In this document: piece after piece, positions 41,405 to 55,698 of the stretch
How positions within the stretch are numbered: the stretch's first letter is position 1
Layout: each line of letters starts with the position of its first letter
Assembly (NCBI GenBank): GCA_002269645.1
Contig: NIVC01002830.1
Span: forward strand, 73,512 to 137,511
Source: Macrostomum lignano
Taxonomy: Eukaryota
DNA: 64,000 bases
Direction: 5' to 3'
Position numbers and translations under genes: made by a program
Notes under the pieces: generated by a model
Told to the model about the DNA's origin: nothing
The model's database searches: none
Seen by the model: the letters and a program-made list of their open reading frames with translations, nothing else

Positions 41405-42115
41405 CACGGGGTCCAAAATCAGTATACATATCTTCTGTCCTAGGGTTGTGTGGTCTTTGGGGGGGGGGGGTTGGCTCCTGCGAGCCCCAAAATCAGTGTA
41501 CATATCCTCTGGCCAAGGGTTTGTGATCTTTAGGGGGTTGGCTCCTGCGGGCTCCAAAATCAGTGTACATATCTTCTGGCCTAGGGTTGTGTGGTCTTTG
41601 GGGGGTTGGCTTCCCCGGACTCCAAAATCAGTGTACATATTCTCTGACCTAGGGTTGCGTGGTCTTTGGGGGTTGGCTCATTCGGGCTCCAAAATCAGTG
41701 TACATATTCTCTGGCCTAGAGTTGTCTGGTCTTTGGGGGGTTGGTTCTCGCGGGCTCCAAAATCAGTGTACATATTCTCTGACCTAGGGTTGTCTGGTCT
41801 TTAGGGGGTTGGCTCATTCAGGCTCCAAAATCAGTGTACATATTCTCTGACCTAGGGTTGTCTGGTCTTTAGGGGGTTGGCTCATTCGGGCTCCAAAATC
41901 AGTGTACATATTCTCTGACCTAGGGTTGTCTGGTCTTTAGGGGGTTGGCTCATTCGGGCTCCAAAATCAGTGTACATATTCTCTGACCTAGGGTTGTGTG
42001 GTCTTTGGGGGGTTGGCTTCCCCGGACTCCAAAATCAGTGTACATATTCTCTGACCTAGGGTTGCGTGGTCTTTAGGGGGGTTGGGTCCCGCGGGCTCCA
42101 AAATCAGTCCACACA
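41405..42115. repeat. About 68-bp tandem repeat (GGCTCCAAAATCAGTGTACATATTCTCTGACCTAGGGTTG...)
   Basis: Unit starts at 41821, 41889 and 41957 give a 68-bp period; about 10 copies. Confidence 0.92.
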
Positions 42116-43174
42116 TCTTCGACCCTGGAACCGTAGCGTTTAAAGGGGGTGAGGGGTTGGCACTTGCGGTCCCCCAGTCAATGTACATATCCTTGATTCC
42201 TCTTCCCTCAAGTTGTTATTTGTGGGGTTTTAAATGGTAGGCTTTATGGACCTGTAAAAAGAAACAAATATATCAATATAAAATGTGCACTTATCAATAT
42301 TTGCCACCCCTCTCACAGCTGTCCAAGTTATATGCACAAAAACTCTAGAAAGTACATGCAACTTGAAAATATCAGTGACAATTTACCAGTAAGACTGGAT
42401 TACTACAAATGCCTCTAGGACAACGGAATAAACAGATTCGCCAAGGTTTAAAGGTTTAAATTTAGCAGCTAAAAGTGTAAAGTTCAAATAAGGGACAAAA
42501 GCTGACACTAAATGCATTCCTTTTTTAATGGACAAAAAGTTATCGATTTTTTCGACTCAATTAACAGCTTGGGCCAAGGCCTTCTTAAACTCTCCCCTAA
42601 TGAGTTTCAAAATCGAAAAAGTCCAGGCAGTATGCGGACTGTTGCAGCAGTACTTCTTCCCTATCTGTGCCGCGCTTTACTGACTCAAAAAGAGACGGCT
42701 AAGAGAAGACACTTGAGCATGGCTCTTACCCGTTATCTGACAATGGCATCGGGGGGGGGGGGCAGCTTCTATCCAGCAGCATGCTACCTGCTCTAAAACA
42801 CAGTCAGACCAACCTTTCGGGTAAGATGCTTATCAGTGAGCATTTTGCTTTTTGGCAAGATTTTTTATCCTGAATTCTTTTGTAGGTATTTCAGCTGCTC
42901 AAGACGATAGCAAATGGCATTATTGGAAGTATTCATTGTTTAAAACGATATTCAAAATTGCAATAAAAGAAATAACAATAAAAGGAGCAATAAAATGCAA
43001 ATATGAAAGCAATTTTGAGCACACTTCGACGGCAAGCTATACTGTTTCAAGCCATCACGAAGTTGTGCGGAGAAATGCTCATTGACACTGAGTGCTTGCT
43101 CTGCAGGGCCCGTGTCTGTGCTCTGCAATTTGTTCTAATTAGCTTGCTTTCTTGCAAACTTTGACCTTGCATCT

Positions 43175-43865
43175 AAATGCCTCTCTGCCTCTCTGCCTCT
43201 CTCCCTCTCTGCTTCTCTCCCTAGCCCTCTCTGCTTCTCTCCCTCTCTGCCTCTCTCTCTGTCTCTCTCCCTCTCTGCTTCTCTCCCTCTCTGTCTCTCT
43301 CCCTCTCTGTCTCTCTCCCTCTCTGTCTCTCTTCCTCTCTGTCTCTCTCCCTCTCTGTCTCTCTCCCTCTCTGTCTCTCTCCCTCTCTGTCTCTCTCCCT
43401 CTCTGTCTCTCTCCCTCTCTGTCTCTCTTCCTCTCTGTCTCTCTCCCTCTCTGTCTCTCTCCCTCTCTGTCTCTCTCCCTCTCTGTCTCTCTCCCTCTCT
43501 GTCTCTCTCCCTCTCTGTCTCTCTCCCTCTCTGTCTCTCTCCCTCTCTGCCTCTCTCCCTCTCTGTCTCTCTCCCTCTCTGTCTCTCTCCCTCTCTGTCT
43601 CTCTCCCTCTCTGTCTCTCTCCCTCTCTGTCTCTCTCCCTCTCTGTCTCTCTCCCTCTCTGTCTCTCTCCCTCTCCCTCTCTGCTTCTCAGCCTCTCTCC
43701 CTCTCTGCTTCTCAGCCTCTCTCTCTCTCTGCTTCTCAGCCTCTCTCTCTCTCTGCTTCTCAGCCTCTCTTTCTCTCTCCCTCTCTGCCTCTCTTCCTGT
43801 CTGCCTCTGCCTATCTCCTTCTCTCCCTCTCGGCCTCTCTCCTCACTCTCTCCCTCCCTCTCTCT
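43175..43865. repeat. CT-rich low-complexity repeat
   Basis: Directly visible. Confidence 0.92.
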
Positions 43866-44659
43866 CTACAATCAGGTACTACTTACTAGCCCACGCATTT
43901 CGTCAAGCTACTGCTTCAGTTTTTCTTTGACTTTCGCCAAAAGGTCTTTCTCCTGATGCACATCATTAATAATTTAGCCCCCAAGCTTAATGGAACAGTA
44001 ATTGATGAAAAATTCTAAGTTTTTTTTCTACAAGATATTTGTTCTCTTAAAACATCTTTTCCAACGTTCTGCAGTACTGTCTACCACGGGAAAAGATGCA
44101 TGTACAGTCTGCTATAAAACAGCCAGAAGCCCTTCATCAAGATCTATCTGTCTGAGCAGACTTACTCCTGCCTCATTAAAGGATTCGCTCTACCCCGGCT
44201 TGGAGACAACTTTCTCACAGAGGTTACATTCACTTCAGCTATTTATTAACTATTCAGACAAAAGGTCTGTGTTTTTCCTACAGACCTTTAATCATCACGT
44301 TTTTGCCGGCACCCAATTTTAGCTCTAAGATGCAGGGAGCTTTCTGGAACTGCTGCCGACTAGACTCTAATTAAGTAACTCTTGCTCATCTTGAAAAAGC
44401 TTCTCAAAGGCGACGAAATTTGTTTTAACAAGCTGGCTTAGATAAAAAGAAACATGAAATCCTGCATGCAGAACAATTGCAATTTAAATACTATTTTTGT
44501 TCTATTTTGAGTCTTTTCGTGCGTAGAAGACGCTACTTCAAAAGCACGTTTGACCTTCGCGTCACGACCCCTGGTTCGATTCCCGTGCTTGGCCTTGGGC
44601 ACGAAAATTGGCCGGGGGTTCTCGTGCGATTCACAGTCATGAGGGCCAATCCCAAAGGC

Positions 44660-44673
44660 ACAGAGAGAGAGAG

Positions 44674-44732
<59 letters not shown>

Positions 44733-44742
44733 AGGAGAGAGA

Positions 44743-44816
<74 letters not shown>

Positions 44817-44839
44817 AGAGGGAGAGAAAGAGAGAGAGC

Positions 44840-44870
<31 letters not shown>

Positions 44871-45022
44871 GGAGAGAGAGGGAGAGAGAGAGAGAGAGGG
44901 AGAGAAAGAGAGAGAGAGAAAGAGAGAGAGAGCGAGAGAGTTAGAAAGAAAGAGAGAGAGACAGAGAGAGAGAGAGAGTGAGAAAGAAAGAGAGAGAGAC
45001 AGAGAGAGAGAGTGAGAAAGAA

Positions 45023-45069
<47 letters not shown>

Positions 45070-45233
45070 GAGAGAGAAAGAGAGAGAGATAAAGAGAGAG
45101 AGAAAGAGAGAGTGAGAGAAAGAGAGAGATAAAGAGAGAGAGAGCGAGAGAGAGAGAGAGAGCGAGAGAGAAAGAGAGAGAGCGAGAAGGAGAGAGAGGG
45201 AGAGAGAGAGAAAGAAAGAAAGAGAAAGAGATA

Positions 45234-45310
<77 letters not shown>
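44660..45310. repeat. (GA)n-rich microsatellite
   Basis: Directly visible. Confidence 0.95.
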
Positions 45311-45315
<5 letters not shown>

Positions 45316-46409
45316 CTGATGATGTACACCCTGTGTGTCGACGCGCTTGCAAGTGCACAGGAGTGGGAGGAATGGGCAGGATTGCCTTCAGCGCTGGTTG
45401 TGGAACGATGCTGCCCCCCAGCCCTCTTGAGAATATTGATTGCTTTCATGAGGCAGCTACTTGAAAATGTGCAAAATCAAAATTTATTGACATCAAATCA
45501 TGGTAATCCATGCTTGAAATGATTGAAACCGAAGCAGCCCAGTACAGAATATTGCAGAGCTCACCTTTGCTTTCAGAGTGCGTGTCTTCAGCGCATCAAG
45601 CCGCTGCAGGTCAGGTGGCTGAGTGACATTTTATTTAGAGTGCTGAAGATCTTCGAGCAGTCAAGATAAGACAGTTCTGGAGTTGGAACTGGACTCGCAC
45701 TGGCTCTTGGGACTGAGTCACTTCCTCCTCGGGCAGATCCGTTACGCAGGGGGGTAAGCTGCTTATGTTTTAAAACCCTATAAATATACGACAGGGCAAG
45801 TGGAGTCAGCAGTGTGCCTGTCTGTCCAAGTATCAAGCTGATAGATCAATTCCAATCCATTTCATTTAGGCTGTCATATATAACTGCATGTGTGGCTAAT
45901 TCCTATTCAATAAGGACTATATGATATGGCTCTGGGATTGGCTAGGATCTGGCAGTACTAAGGATCTTAAAAAGCTGTCACTTGGGTCAAGAGCTGCTCC
46001 TCTCAGAAGGAAACCCCTACAAAGGCCAAGGAGAGCTAGCACTAGAAACTGGATTGGCAACTCTTTCAAGACAGCTAAGTTTATCTGAATTTATTACAAA
46101 CGTGGTTAAAACGACGCTCTCTAAAACTGGAGTTTCTTTTTGGTTCCTTGAAACTCTTGGAGCTTGTGAGGCCCATTGGGGGTGTTAGGATCCGTCTACT
46201 TTGCTTGCTCAAATTGCTTCGCTGTACTCAAGTTCCCGACAAAGCCTGCAATGTGCATTGTCAGAGAAATTAACCACTTGGCTGCCAACGGGGAAGGAGT
46301 GGACAGTGGGGTCAGAGGAAGGCTCTCAGACAAAGAGATTGATTAAATCTCACACAGAATTTTTGCAGTGCATTGAAACAAAGCACTGGATAGTAAGGGG
46401 TATCCATGC

Positions 46410-47700
46410 TGTATATTACCCTGTCACTATGGTGTATTCAAGCTGTAAATTACCCTGTCACTATGGTGTATTCAAGCTGTAAATTACCCTGTCACTATGG
46501 TGTATTCAAGCTGTAAATTACCCTGTCACTATGGTGTATTCAAGCTGTAAATTACCCTGTCACTATGGTGTATTCAAGCTGTAAATTACCCTGTCACTAT
46601 GGTGTATTCAAGCTGTAAATTACCCTGTCACTATGGTGTATTCAAGCTGTAAATTACCCTGTCACTATGGTGTATTCAAGCTGTAAATTACCCTGTCACT
46701 ATGGGGTATTCAAGCTGTATATTACCCTGTCACTATGGTGTATTCAAGCTGTAATTTACCCTGTCACTATGGTGTATTCAAGCTGTAAATTACCCTGTCA
46801 CTATGGTGTATTCAAGCTGTAAATTACCCTGTCACTATGGTGTATTCAAGCTGTAAATTACCCTGTCACTATGGTGTATTCAAGCTGTAAATTACCCTGT
46901 CACTATGGTGTATTCAAGCTGTAAATTACCCTGTCACTATGGTGTATTCAAGCTGTAAATTACCCTGTCACTATGGTGTATTCAAGCTGTAAATTACCCT
47001 GTCACTATGGGGTATTCAAGCTGTATATTACCCTGTCACTATGGTGTATTCAAGCTGTAATTTACCCTGTCACTATGGTGTATTCAAGCTGTAATTTACC
47101 CTGTCACTATGGTGTATTCAAGCTGTAATTTACCCTGTCACTATGGGGTATTCAAGCTGTAAATTACCCTGTCACTATGGGGTATTCAAGCTGTAAATTA
47201 CCCTGTCACCATGGTGTATTCAAGCTGTAATTTACCCTGTCACTATGGTGTATTCAAGCTGTAATTTACCCTGTCACTATGGGGTATTCAAGCTGTAAAT
47301 TACCCTGTCACTATGGTGTATTCAAGCTGTAAATTACCCTGTCACTATGGTATATTCAAGCTGTATATTACCCTGTCACTATGGTGTATTCAAGCTGTAA
47401 ATTACCCTGTCACTATGGTGTATTCAAGCTGTAAATTACCCTGTCACTATGGTATATTCAAGCTGTATATTACCCTGTCACTATGGTGTATTCAAGCTGT
47501 AAATTACCCTGTCACTATGGTGTATTCAAGCTGTATATTACCCTGTCACTATGGGATATCCATACTGTAAATTACCCTGTCATTATGGGGTATTCAAGCT
47601 GTAAACTACCCTGTAACTATTGGGTATTCATGCTGTAAACTACCCTGCTGTCACTATGGGATATCCATGCCGCAAACTACCCTGTCACAATAGAATACCA
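46410..47700. repeat. 34-bp minisatellite (TTCAAGCTGTAAATTACCCTGTCACTATGGTGTA)
   Basis: About 37 head-to-tail units with no spacers. Confidence 0.95.
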
Positions 47701-47850
47701 ATGCTGTAAGTTATGTCACAATGCTGTATCCCTAAAAATATTTCAAAAAGAGAAACAACATCCAGAAGTGAGACCGAGAGTTGTTTGATTAATAAAAAAC
47801 TTTTAAAGATGTTATCAAATTTTTCAATCGACTGCTTCCACCCAGCTTCT

Positions 47851-50800
47851 CTACTGCATCATCTTGTCAGTCCAGGCCACTCCGCAAAGAGCCCTGCGGT
47901 ACACAGTCAGCAGAGGGCAGAGTCCGGAGGTCACTGAGCTGCCTTCAGTGCTGTCAGGTCCTGACACCTGCAGTGTGGAGCACTGCCCAGCTGGAGCTGC
48001 CAACCAGAAGCTCGTGTTGGCCACTGCGGGTTGATTGAGGATGTGTTAATCACCTGTTAGACACTGATATCCCCTGTTAGACACTGATATCACCTGTTAG
48101 ACACTGATATCCCCTGTTAGACACTGATATCACCTGTTAGACACTGATATCACCTGTTAGACACTGATATCTCCTGTTAGACACTGATGTCACCTGTTAG
48201 ACACTGATGTCACCTGTTAGACAGTGATGTCACCTGTTAGACAGTGATGTCACCTGTTAGACACTGATGTCACCTGTTAGACACTGATGTCACCTGTTAG
48301 ACACTGATATCTCCTGTTAGACACTGATGTAACCTGTTAGACACTGATGTCACTTGTTAGACACTGATGTCACCTGTTAGACACTGAAGTCACCTGTTAG
48401 ACACTGATATCACCTGTTAGACACTGATATCTCCTGTTAGACAGTGATATCACCTGTTAGACACTGATGTAACCTGTTAGACACTGATGTCACCTGTTAG
48501 ACACTGATGTAACCTGTTAGACACTGATGTCACCTGTTAGACACTGATATCACCTGTTAGACACTGATATCTCCTGTTAGACACTGATGTAACCTGTTAG
48601 ACACTGATGTCACCTGTTAGACACTGATGTCACCTGTTAGACACTGAAGTCACCTGTTAGACACTGATATCACCTGTTAGACACTGATATCTCCTGTTAG
48701 ACACTGATGTCACCTGTTAGACACTGATGTCACCTGTTAGACACTGATATCACCTGTTAGACACTGATATCTCCTGTTAGACACTGATGTCACCTGTTAG
48801 ACACTGATGTAACCTGTTAGACACTGATGTCACCTGTTAGACACTGATATCACCTGTTAGACACTGATATCTCCTGTTAGACACTGATGTAACCTGTTAG
48901 ACAGGGCTAACAGCAAATCCACAAGCCTCAAATGCAACTCACGCCCCAGCCGAACCAGGGCATCCCTCAGTCTGGCAAAGTCGACAGTCGCAGCCTCCGG
49001 CATCGACATTGAAGTTGTCGCCACCTGACGGCCGCCGGTCGCAGCTCCGCCGCAGACGAGCGTCGCCTCGACGGAGTCCATCGAGGCGACGGTGGCAAAC
49101 ACGCAGCTGCCATTGACGAAGGCGCCACCCGAGAATCCATTGACGCGAGGACAGAGGCGTCCACTGCGACACGGCACCGAGGCAGGCTCAGCTCCGTCCC
49201 GTCTCAGCAGGTCTCCGGCCGCGTCAACCACCAGCCGCTCCGAGAACGGCCACTCCTCGCCCGGAAGGATTCTCAGAAGTCCATAGCGAGAGTCCATGTG
49301 AGCGGCCCAGCGATCCACTTTGCCCCACAGCCAGGCGGCTGTCCAGCTGGCTGACAAGCTCCTGACGTACCGCCTGACAGCGAGGCACTCGTCAGGAGTG
49401 GCCGCCACCATTGGGCGACCTTCGCAGTGGGCCGGGGCGGAGTACACAGTTGACACTGCGCCACCGGCCACCCAGAAGCACTGGTCTCCCAGCTCACTGT
49501 CAGTCTGTACCAGTCTCAGGTTGTGGACATTGCTGACACCTTTGGTGGCATTGGGCGGGCACTGGTCTGCTGGTTGCACGGCAATGCCGCTGGTTGAGTC
49601 GGCTAGAGGCGCCGTGCTCGACGTCAGGGTTGAGACGTTCTTCTGGCACACGAATCGGAGTCTCGTGGAGCAGCCTTCGGTGCCAGCGGATGTCGGCGGG
49701 CTGACGGAGGTCGAGCTGAAGGTGGCAGAGGAACCCGAAATGGACAGCAGGGCGCATCCGGGTGCCACCTGGCCGGTTCTGGTCACGATCAGCGGGGCGG
49801 AGTCGCTGCCGGCCACCCAGAACTGGGTGCCCGCAGCTGGGGTGCGGGGTGGTGATGGATGGGTGAAATATTTTGTTTAGAAATGCTGTATGGGAGAGTG
49901 CGTTAGCAAGCGGAGGGTGCTGTAGCTAGGGAGGGTTCTGTAGCTAGGAGATGGTGGTGTAGCTAGGGGAGGGTGGTGTAGCTAGGGGAGGGTGGTGTAG
50001 CTAGGGGAGGGTGGTGTAGCTAGGGGAGGGTGGTGTAGCTAGGGGAGGGTGGTGTAGCTAGGGGAGGGTGATGTAGCTAGGGGAGGGTGATGTAGCTAGG
50101 GGAGGGTGGTGTAGCTAGGGGAGGGTGGTGTAGCTAGGGGAAGGGGGTGTAGCTAGGGGAGGGTGATGTAGCTAGGGGAGGGTGATGTAGCTATGGGAGG
50201 GTGTTGTAGCTAGGGGAGGGGGATGTAGCTAGGGCAAGGTGATGTAGCTAGCGGAGGGTGATGTAGCTATGGGAGGGTGATGTAGCTAGGGGAGGGGGAT
50301 GTAGCTAGGGGAGGGGGATATAGCTAGGGGAGGGTGATGTAGCTATGGGAGGGTGATGTAGCTAGGGGAGGGGGATATAGCTATGGGAGGGTGATGTAGC
50401 TATGGGAGGGTGATGTAGCTATGGGAGGGTGATGTAGCTATGGGAGGGTGATGTAGCTAGGGGAGGGGGATGTAGCTATGGGAGGGTGATGTAGCTAGGG
50501 GAGGGTGATGTAGCTATGGGAGGGGGATATAGCTATGGGAGGGTGATGTAGCTAGGGGAGGGTGGTGTAGCTAGGGGAGGGTGGTGTAGCTAGGGGAGGG
50601 TGATGTAGCTAGGGGAGGGTGATGTAGCTAGGGGAGGGTGATGTAGCTATGGGAGGGTGATGTAGCTATGGGAGGGTGATGTAGCTATGGGAGGGTGATG
50701 TAGCTATGGGAGGGTGATGTAGCTATGGGAGGGTGATGTAGCTATGGGAGGGTGATGTAGCTATGGGAGGGTGATGTAGCTATGGGAGGGTGATGTAGCT

Positions 50801-51674
50801 ATGGGAGGGTGATGTAGCTATGGGAGGGTGATGTAGCTAGGGGAGGGGGATGTAGCTAGGGCAGGGTGATGTAGCTAGCGGAGGGTGATGTAGCTATGGG
50901 AGGGTGATGTAGCTATGGGAGGGTGATGTAAGAGAGGGTGCTTTAAGGGAGGGTTCTGTAAGGGAGGCTGCTGTAAGGAAGGTAGCAGTATTCGATGACT
51001 ACTGAAAAGGACTGTCGCATGTAGTTAAAATAGCACCAGAAAAACCTAGACAAGCCCTAGCAACTCGGAGCCACAAATCCCTCGAGTCAGTTTTAATAAT
51101 TCTTTACCATCCGAAGTCACAGCATAGCAACTGGAGGTGGAGCGAGGGAACAATTATTTATTTTTTCGATCTGCCTGCACAAAACTGCATTTCTGCTCGG
51201 ACCCAGCAGCAACCTCTCAATGAGAGCGCCGAGTGCAGCCGCTGCGTCTCAGTGGGGGGTCCAAGACTCCACTCTAAGCGACTGTCAGTTTCAAAAAATT
51301 TTAGGTGCTAAAATACTTCGGCTGCGCGCCAACCAATTTTATTATTATTAGAGATAGCCAGGTTCTCATGAGAGCACAGTGAGCACAGTGAGCACAGTGT
51401 GTGTTTATTTAGCATTTATTGCCGTCAGTTAATGCCGAGTTCATGCTTAACAGCGGGTAATCATTTTGCTAAAGAAATTATTAAACCCTTTTTACTGCGT
51501 AGAACAATAAGCCGCCTAATTGAAGATTTATCTCTTTGTTATTCTTGGCTTAACACTTCTTCTTCTTCTTGGAGTCGGCTGTGAGCTCAAGCTGATGCTT
51601 GAGAACAAATGTAGCTCGTAAAAGTCTAGAACTTTAATTAGTGAGCTTTAAATAGCTTTGTGTTACCATTGCCA

Positions 51675-51719
<45 letters not shown>

Positions 51720-51726
51720 GTCTGAC

Positions 51727-51802
<76 letters not shown>

Positions 51803-54800
51803 AGTCTGTCTGTCTCCCGCAGGCTCACCGGAGGCGCTCAGCACCAGACTCTTGATCCTGTCAAACACGCCATCCGAGCTCAGCACGGCCAGCCGACCGT
51901 CGCCGCACTCAGCCTGAGCAGCACTCGTCGCCGCTCTGCCGTCAGTCACCAGCAGGTGACAACGCAGCTGGCTGCCATCCTGCCAGACGTCCAGCCATCG
52001 CAGCGGTGGCAGCGGAGCGACGGCAGCAGCGCCGAAGCACAGCTCCTCCTGGCAGATGGGCGCGTGGCTGCCCAGGTCGCCACACTGGGATTCGGTCTCA
52101 GCGTAGCTCACCTGCCCCAGGCCGTCAACCAGGCTGCACCTCCGACGCCGTCGCCAGTCGTGGTGTCGAGCGTCCCGAAACCAGAACTTGGTGGACGCTG
52201 TCGAGACGCCGAGCTGCGTGTTCACGAAGCTTATCAGCAGCAGCAGGTCTTCGTTGTTGGACACCGTGAAGAGCCTCCGACCGCCGCACGAACGGCCAGG
52301 GACTGCGAGGTCCTTGTAGGCTAAGGTGTTTGTCGCGTCGCAGAAGGTGCACGTGTTTGATCGACGCTGCGCTTTCCAGGAAGCCGGATAGCCGGGGCAG
52401 GCGCCCTGCAGGAAATCATTTGAGGCATGTCGACAAGGTCGTACTTTTGCAACCGATGGTTAAGGCCGGCTCATATCACCACCAGTAGCTCCTTGCACTA
52501 AACAAAGATTGATCAACCAACTACTGGGCCGTAGTCTAGTGGTCTATCGCGGCTATTTGATGTGACATCCGTCCAGGTGCAGTCACGTTAATTTGGGAAT
52601 AAGCTGGAATCTCGGCTTGGCTCTGCTCGTGCAATTGACACCCTTGAGGTCCAAACCACAAGGCACAGTGAAGTGTACATGCCTAACGATAAATAAAGTT
52701 AGGGCCGCTGCACACTCCTGTGTGAGTGTGTGCCTGTGCGTATGACTGCGCACGCATCATTGCGCTTGCGTGTCTGCTCTGGGCAGCAATGCCTCTCGCC
52801 GGTTGTGTGACAATGTCGCTTAAAGTGCGCCAGGGTGCACGCAACCCCCTTTTAATAGTAATCTAAGCATCCAAGCGCATTGACTCACACTGAACACCGG
52901 TACAGCCAGAGAGAACCGCACGCCGCACACCTGCAGATTCGAGTCCAGACAGAGCAGCACAGTGGACAGCGCCGAGCTGGTGCTGGTGGTGAGCGAAGTG
53001 ACCTTCATGCGGACGCAGTCGCCGCCGAGAAGGCTGCCCAGTAGGCCGCTGGCACCGTCAGCAGATATCCAGAAATGGGTGCCAGCCCCTGAACGCAGAG
53101 TAGATGGAGACGTTTGATTTACAAATGAAAGTCCTGTTTGCATTAGTTATTTTTAGGCACTGCCGAAATCTGGCTACCAATGATTTAGGTTATGGTTAGG
53201 GTTACTGTTTAGGTTAGGGATTAATTTAGCGTTGGAGTTAAGGATAGGGTCCAAGAGTCAGGAACTGCCAACAAGAGACAGGGGCGCCCATCAAGAGACA
53301 GCTGGGAGCCCACCAAGAGACAGGGGAGCCCAACAAGAACCAGGGGAGCCCACCAAGAGACAGGGGCGCCCACCAAGAGACAGGGGTGCCCTCCAAGAGA
53401 CAGGGGCGCCCACCAAGAGACAGGGGTGCCCAACAAGAACCAGGGGAGCCCACCAAGAGACAGCTAGGAGCCCACCAAGAGACAGGGGCGCCCACCAAGA
53501 GACAGGGGTGCCCTCCAAGAGACAGGGGCGCCCACCAAGAGACAGGGGAGCCCACCAAGAGACAGGGGCGCCCACCAAGAGACAGGGGTGCCCAACAAGA
53601 ACCAGGGGAGCCCAACAAGAACCAGGGGTGCCCAACAAGAACCAGGGGAGCCCAACAAGAACCAGGGGAGCCCAACAAGAACCAGGGGAGCCCACCAAGA
53701 GACAGGGGCGCCCACCAAGAGACAGGAACTGCCACCAAGAGACAGGGGCGCCCACCAAGAGACAGGGGTGCCCAACAAGAACCAGGGGAGCCCAACAAGA
53801 ACCAGGTGCCCAACAAGAACCAGGGGAGCCCACCAAGAGACAGGGGAGCCCAACAAGAACCAGGGGAGCCCACCAAGAGACAGGGGCGCCCACCAAGAGA
53901 CAGGAACTGCCACCAAGAGACAGGGGCGCCCACCAAGAGACAGGGGTGCCCAACAAGAACCAGGGGAGCCCAACAAGAACCAGGTGCCCAACAAGAACCA
54001 GGGGAGCCCAACAAGAACCAGGGGAGCCCACCAAGAGACAGGGGCGCCCACCAAGAGACAGGGGCGTCCATCAAGAGACAGGAACTGCCACCAAGAGACA
54101 GGGGCGCCCACCAAGAGACAGGGGCGCCCACCAAGAGACAGGGGCGCCCACCAAGAGACAGGGGCGCCCACCAAGAGAGCCCTTAGCGCCCATCAGGTTT
54201 GCGGATCCTGGAATTAACATTCCTATCGCAGTCGTGTCTGACCAGCTTACATCCTCTTGCAACCATGGTGGCTCGCATTTCATTGTAGATTTCAATTGAA
54301 TCCAATTTGGCCAGCGACGTCCCGGCCGCTGGACAAGCCGCCGAGTAACCGACGCTGGACGTAGTGTAGTGATGGCAGTACACATCGGTTTTAGTGGGGC
54401 GAACACTCGGATTCGACTCAACGGCTGGCCGGACAGACAGAACTGCCGGACACAGACTGCTAGGGCTGGTTCCGCAGCTCCCACTGCCGAGCACTCCGCC
54501 GAGCTGCTCAGGTGAGTCAGCTGGCCATGGCTGTCCAGCAAGGCGCAGGACTTTGCTGAGAAAGCCGGTCGTGAGTCGGCCAGCCAATAGCGTCTGGTGC
54601 CAGTGGCTGCTGAGCTGCTGGACAGCCTCTGGGCGGCGTAGAGGCGCGCCAGCTGGTAGTCGGAGTCGGAGGTCAGGGTGTACAGGCTGCCACCGCTGAC
54701 TGTGGCAGAGCAGGCAGCTGCAGCATCTGCACTCGTTGATGCAGCCGCTGTGGAGACGAACAGGCAGCGGTTGTCTTGTCGGACTGGCAGGGTGGAGTCT

Positions 54801-54820
54801 GGGAGACCGGGACAGCGCGT
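47851..54820 (-). CDS. Multi-domain C-type-lectin-like protein (about 6 divergent CTLDs), 5' partial
   Basis: Exons 54251-54820 (needs +1 base at the G run 54396-54399), 52931-53088, 51829-52405, 48943-49836 and 47851-48023 join in matching phases to about 790 aa. Repeated C...C-x-F/Y...A..C...L..L.S...(F/Y)W(L/I/V)...C...C...(A/F)(V/I/L)C pattern. No start codon or signal peptide in the first visible exon. Confidence 0.72.
48050..48903. repeat. 20-bp minisatellite (CACCTGTTAGACACTGATRT)
   Basis: Fills intron 48024-48942. Confidence 0.95.
49918..50930. repeat. 19-bp G-rich minisatellite (GTAGCTAGGGGAGGGTGRT)
   Basis: About 53 units, intronic. Confidence 0.95.
51676..51815. repeat. (TCTG)n microsatellite
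   Basis: Directly visible, next to the donor at 51828. Confidence 0.93.
53265..54180. repeat. About 20-bp composite minisatellite (CCACCAAGAGACAGGGGCGC / CCAACAAGAACCAGGGGAGC)
   Basis: Fills intron 53089-54250. Confidence 0.93.
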
Positions 54821-54839
54821 CTGCAATCGGGGGAAACAG

Positions 54840-54924
54840 GGTTCCACTGGCTGACAGAGAGAGGGTTCCACTAGCTGACTGAGAGAGGGTTCCACTAGCT
54901 GACAGAGAGAGGGTTCCACTAGCT

Positions 54925-55011
<87 letters not shown>

Positions 55012-55032
55012 GGTTCCACTAGCTGACAGAGA

Positions 55033-55070
<38 letters not shown>

Positions 55071-55172
55071 TCCACTAGTTCACAGAGAGGGTTCCACTAG
55101 CTGACAGAGAGAGGGTTCCACTAGCTGACAGAGAGGGTTCCACTAGCTGACAGAGAGAGGGTTCCACTAGCT

Positions 55173-55206
<34 letters not shown>

Positions 55207-55240
55207 TCCACTAGCTGACAGAGAGAGGGTTCCATTAGCT

Positions 55241-55280
<40 letters not shown>

Positions 55281-55314
55281 TCCACTAGCTGACAGAGAGA
55301 GGGTTCCACTAGCT

Positions 55315-55358
<44 letters not shown>

Positions 55359-55416
55359 TCCACTAGCTGACAGAGAGAGGGTTCCACTAGCTGACAGAGA
55401 GAGGGTTCCACTAGCT

Positions 55417-55460
<44 letters not shown>

Positions 55461-55494
55461 TCCACTAGCTGACAGAGAGAGGGTTCCACTAGCT

Positions 55495-55548
<54 letters not shown>

Positions 55549-55698
55549 TCCACTAGCTGACAGGGAGAGGGTTCCACTAGCTGACAGAGAGAGGGTTCCA
55601 CTAGCTGACAGAGAGAGAGGGTTCCACTAGCTGACAGAGAGAGGGTTCCACTAGCTGACAGAGAGAGGGTTCCACTAGCTGACAGAGAGAGGGTTCCA
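54840..55698. repeat. 24-bp minisatellite (GGGTTCCACTAGCTGACAGAGAGA) with variable (GA)n expansions; last unit truncated by the mobile element
   Basis: The final unit ends GGGTTCCA at 55698 where CTAGCTGAC is expected. Confidence 0.95.

Noticed and set aside
46410-48903. 34-bp and 20-bp arrays as CRISPR arrays
   Set aside because: Head-to-tail units with no unique spacers, no cas genes, and a spliced eukaryotic context.
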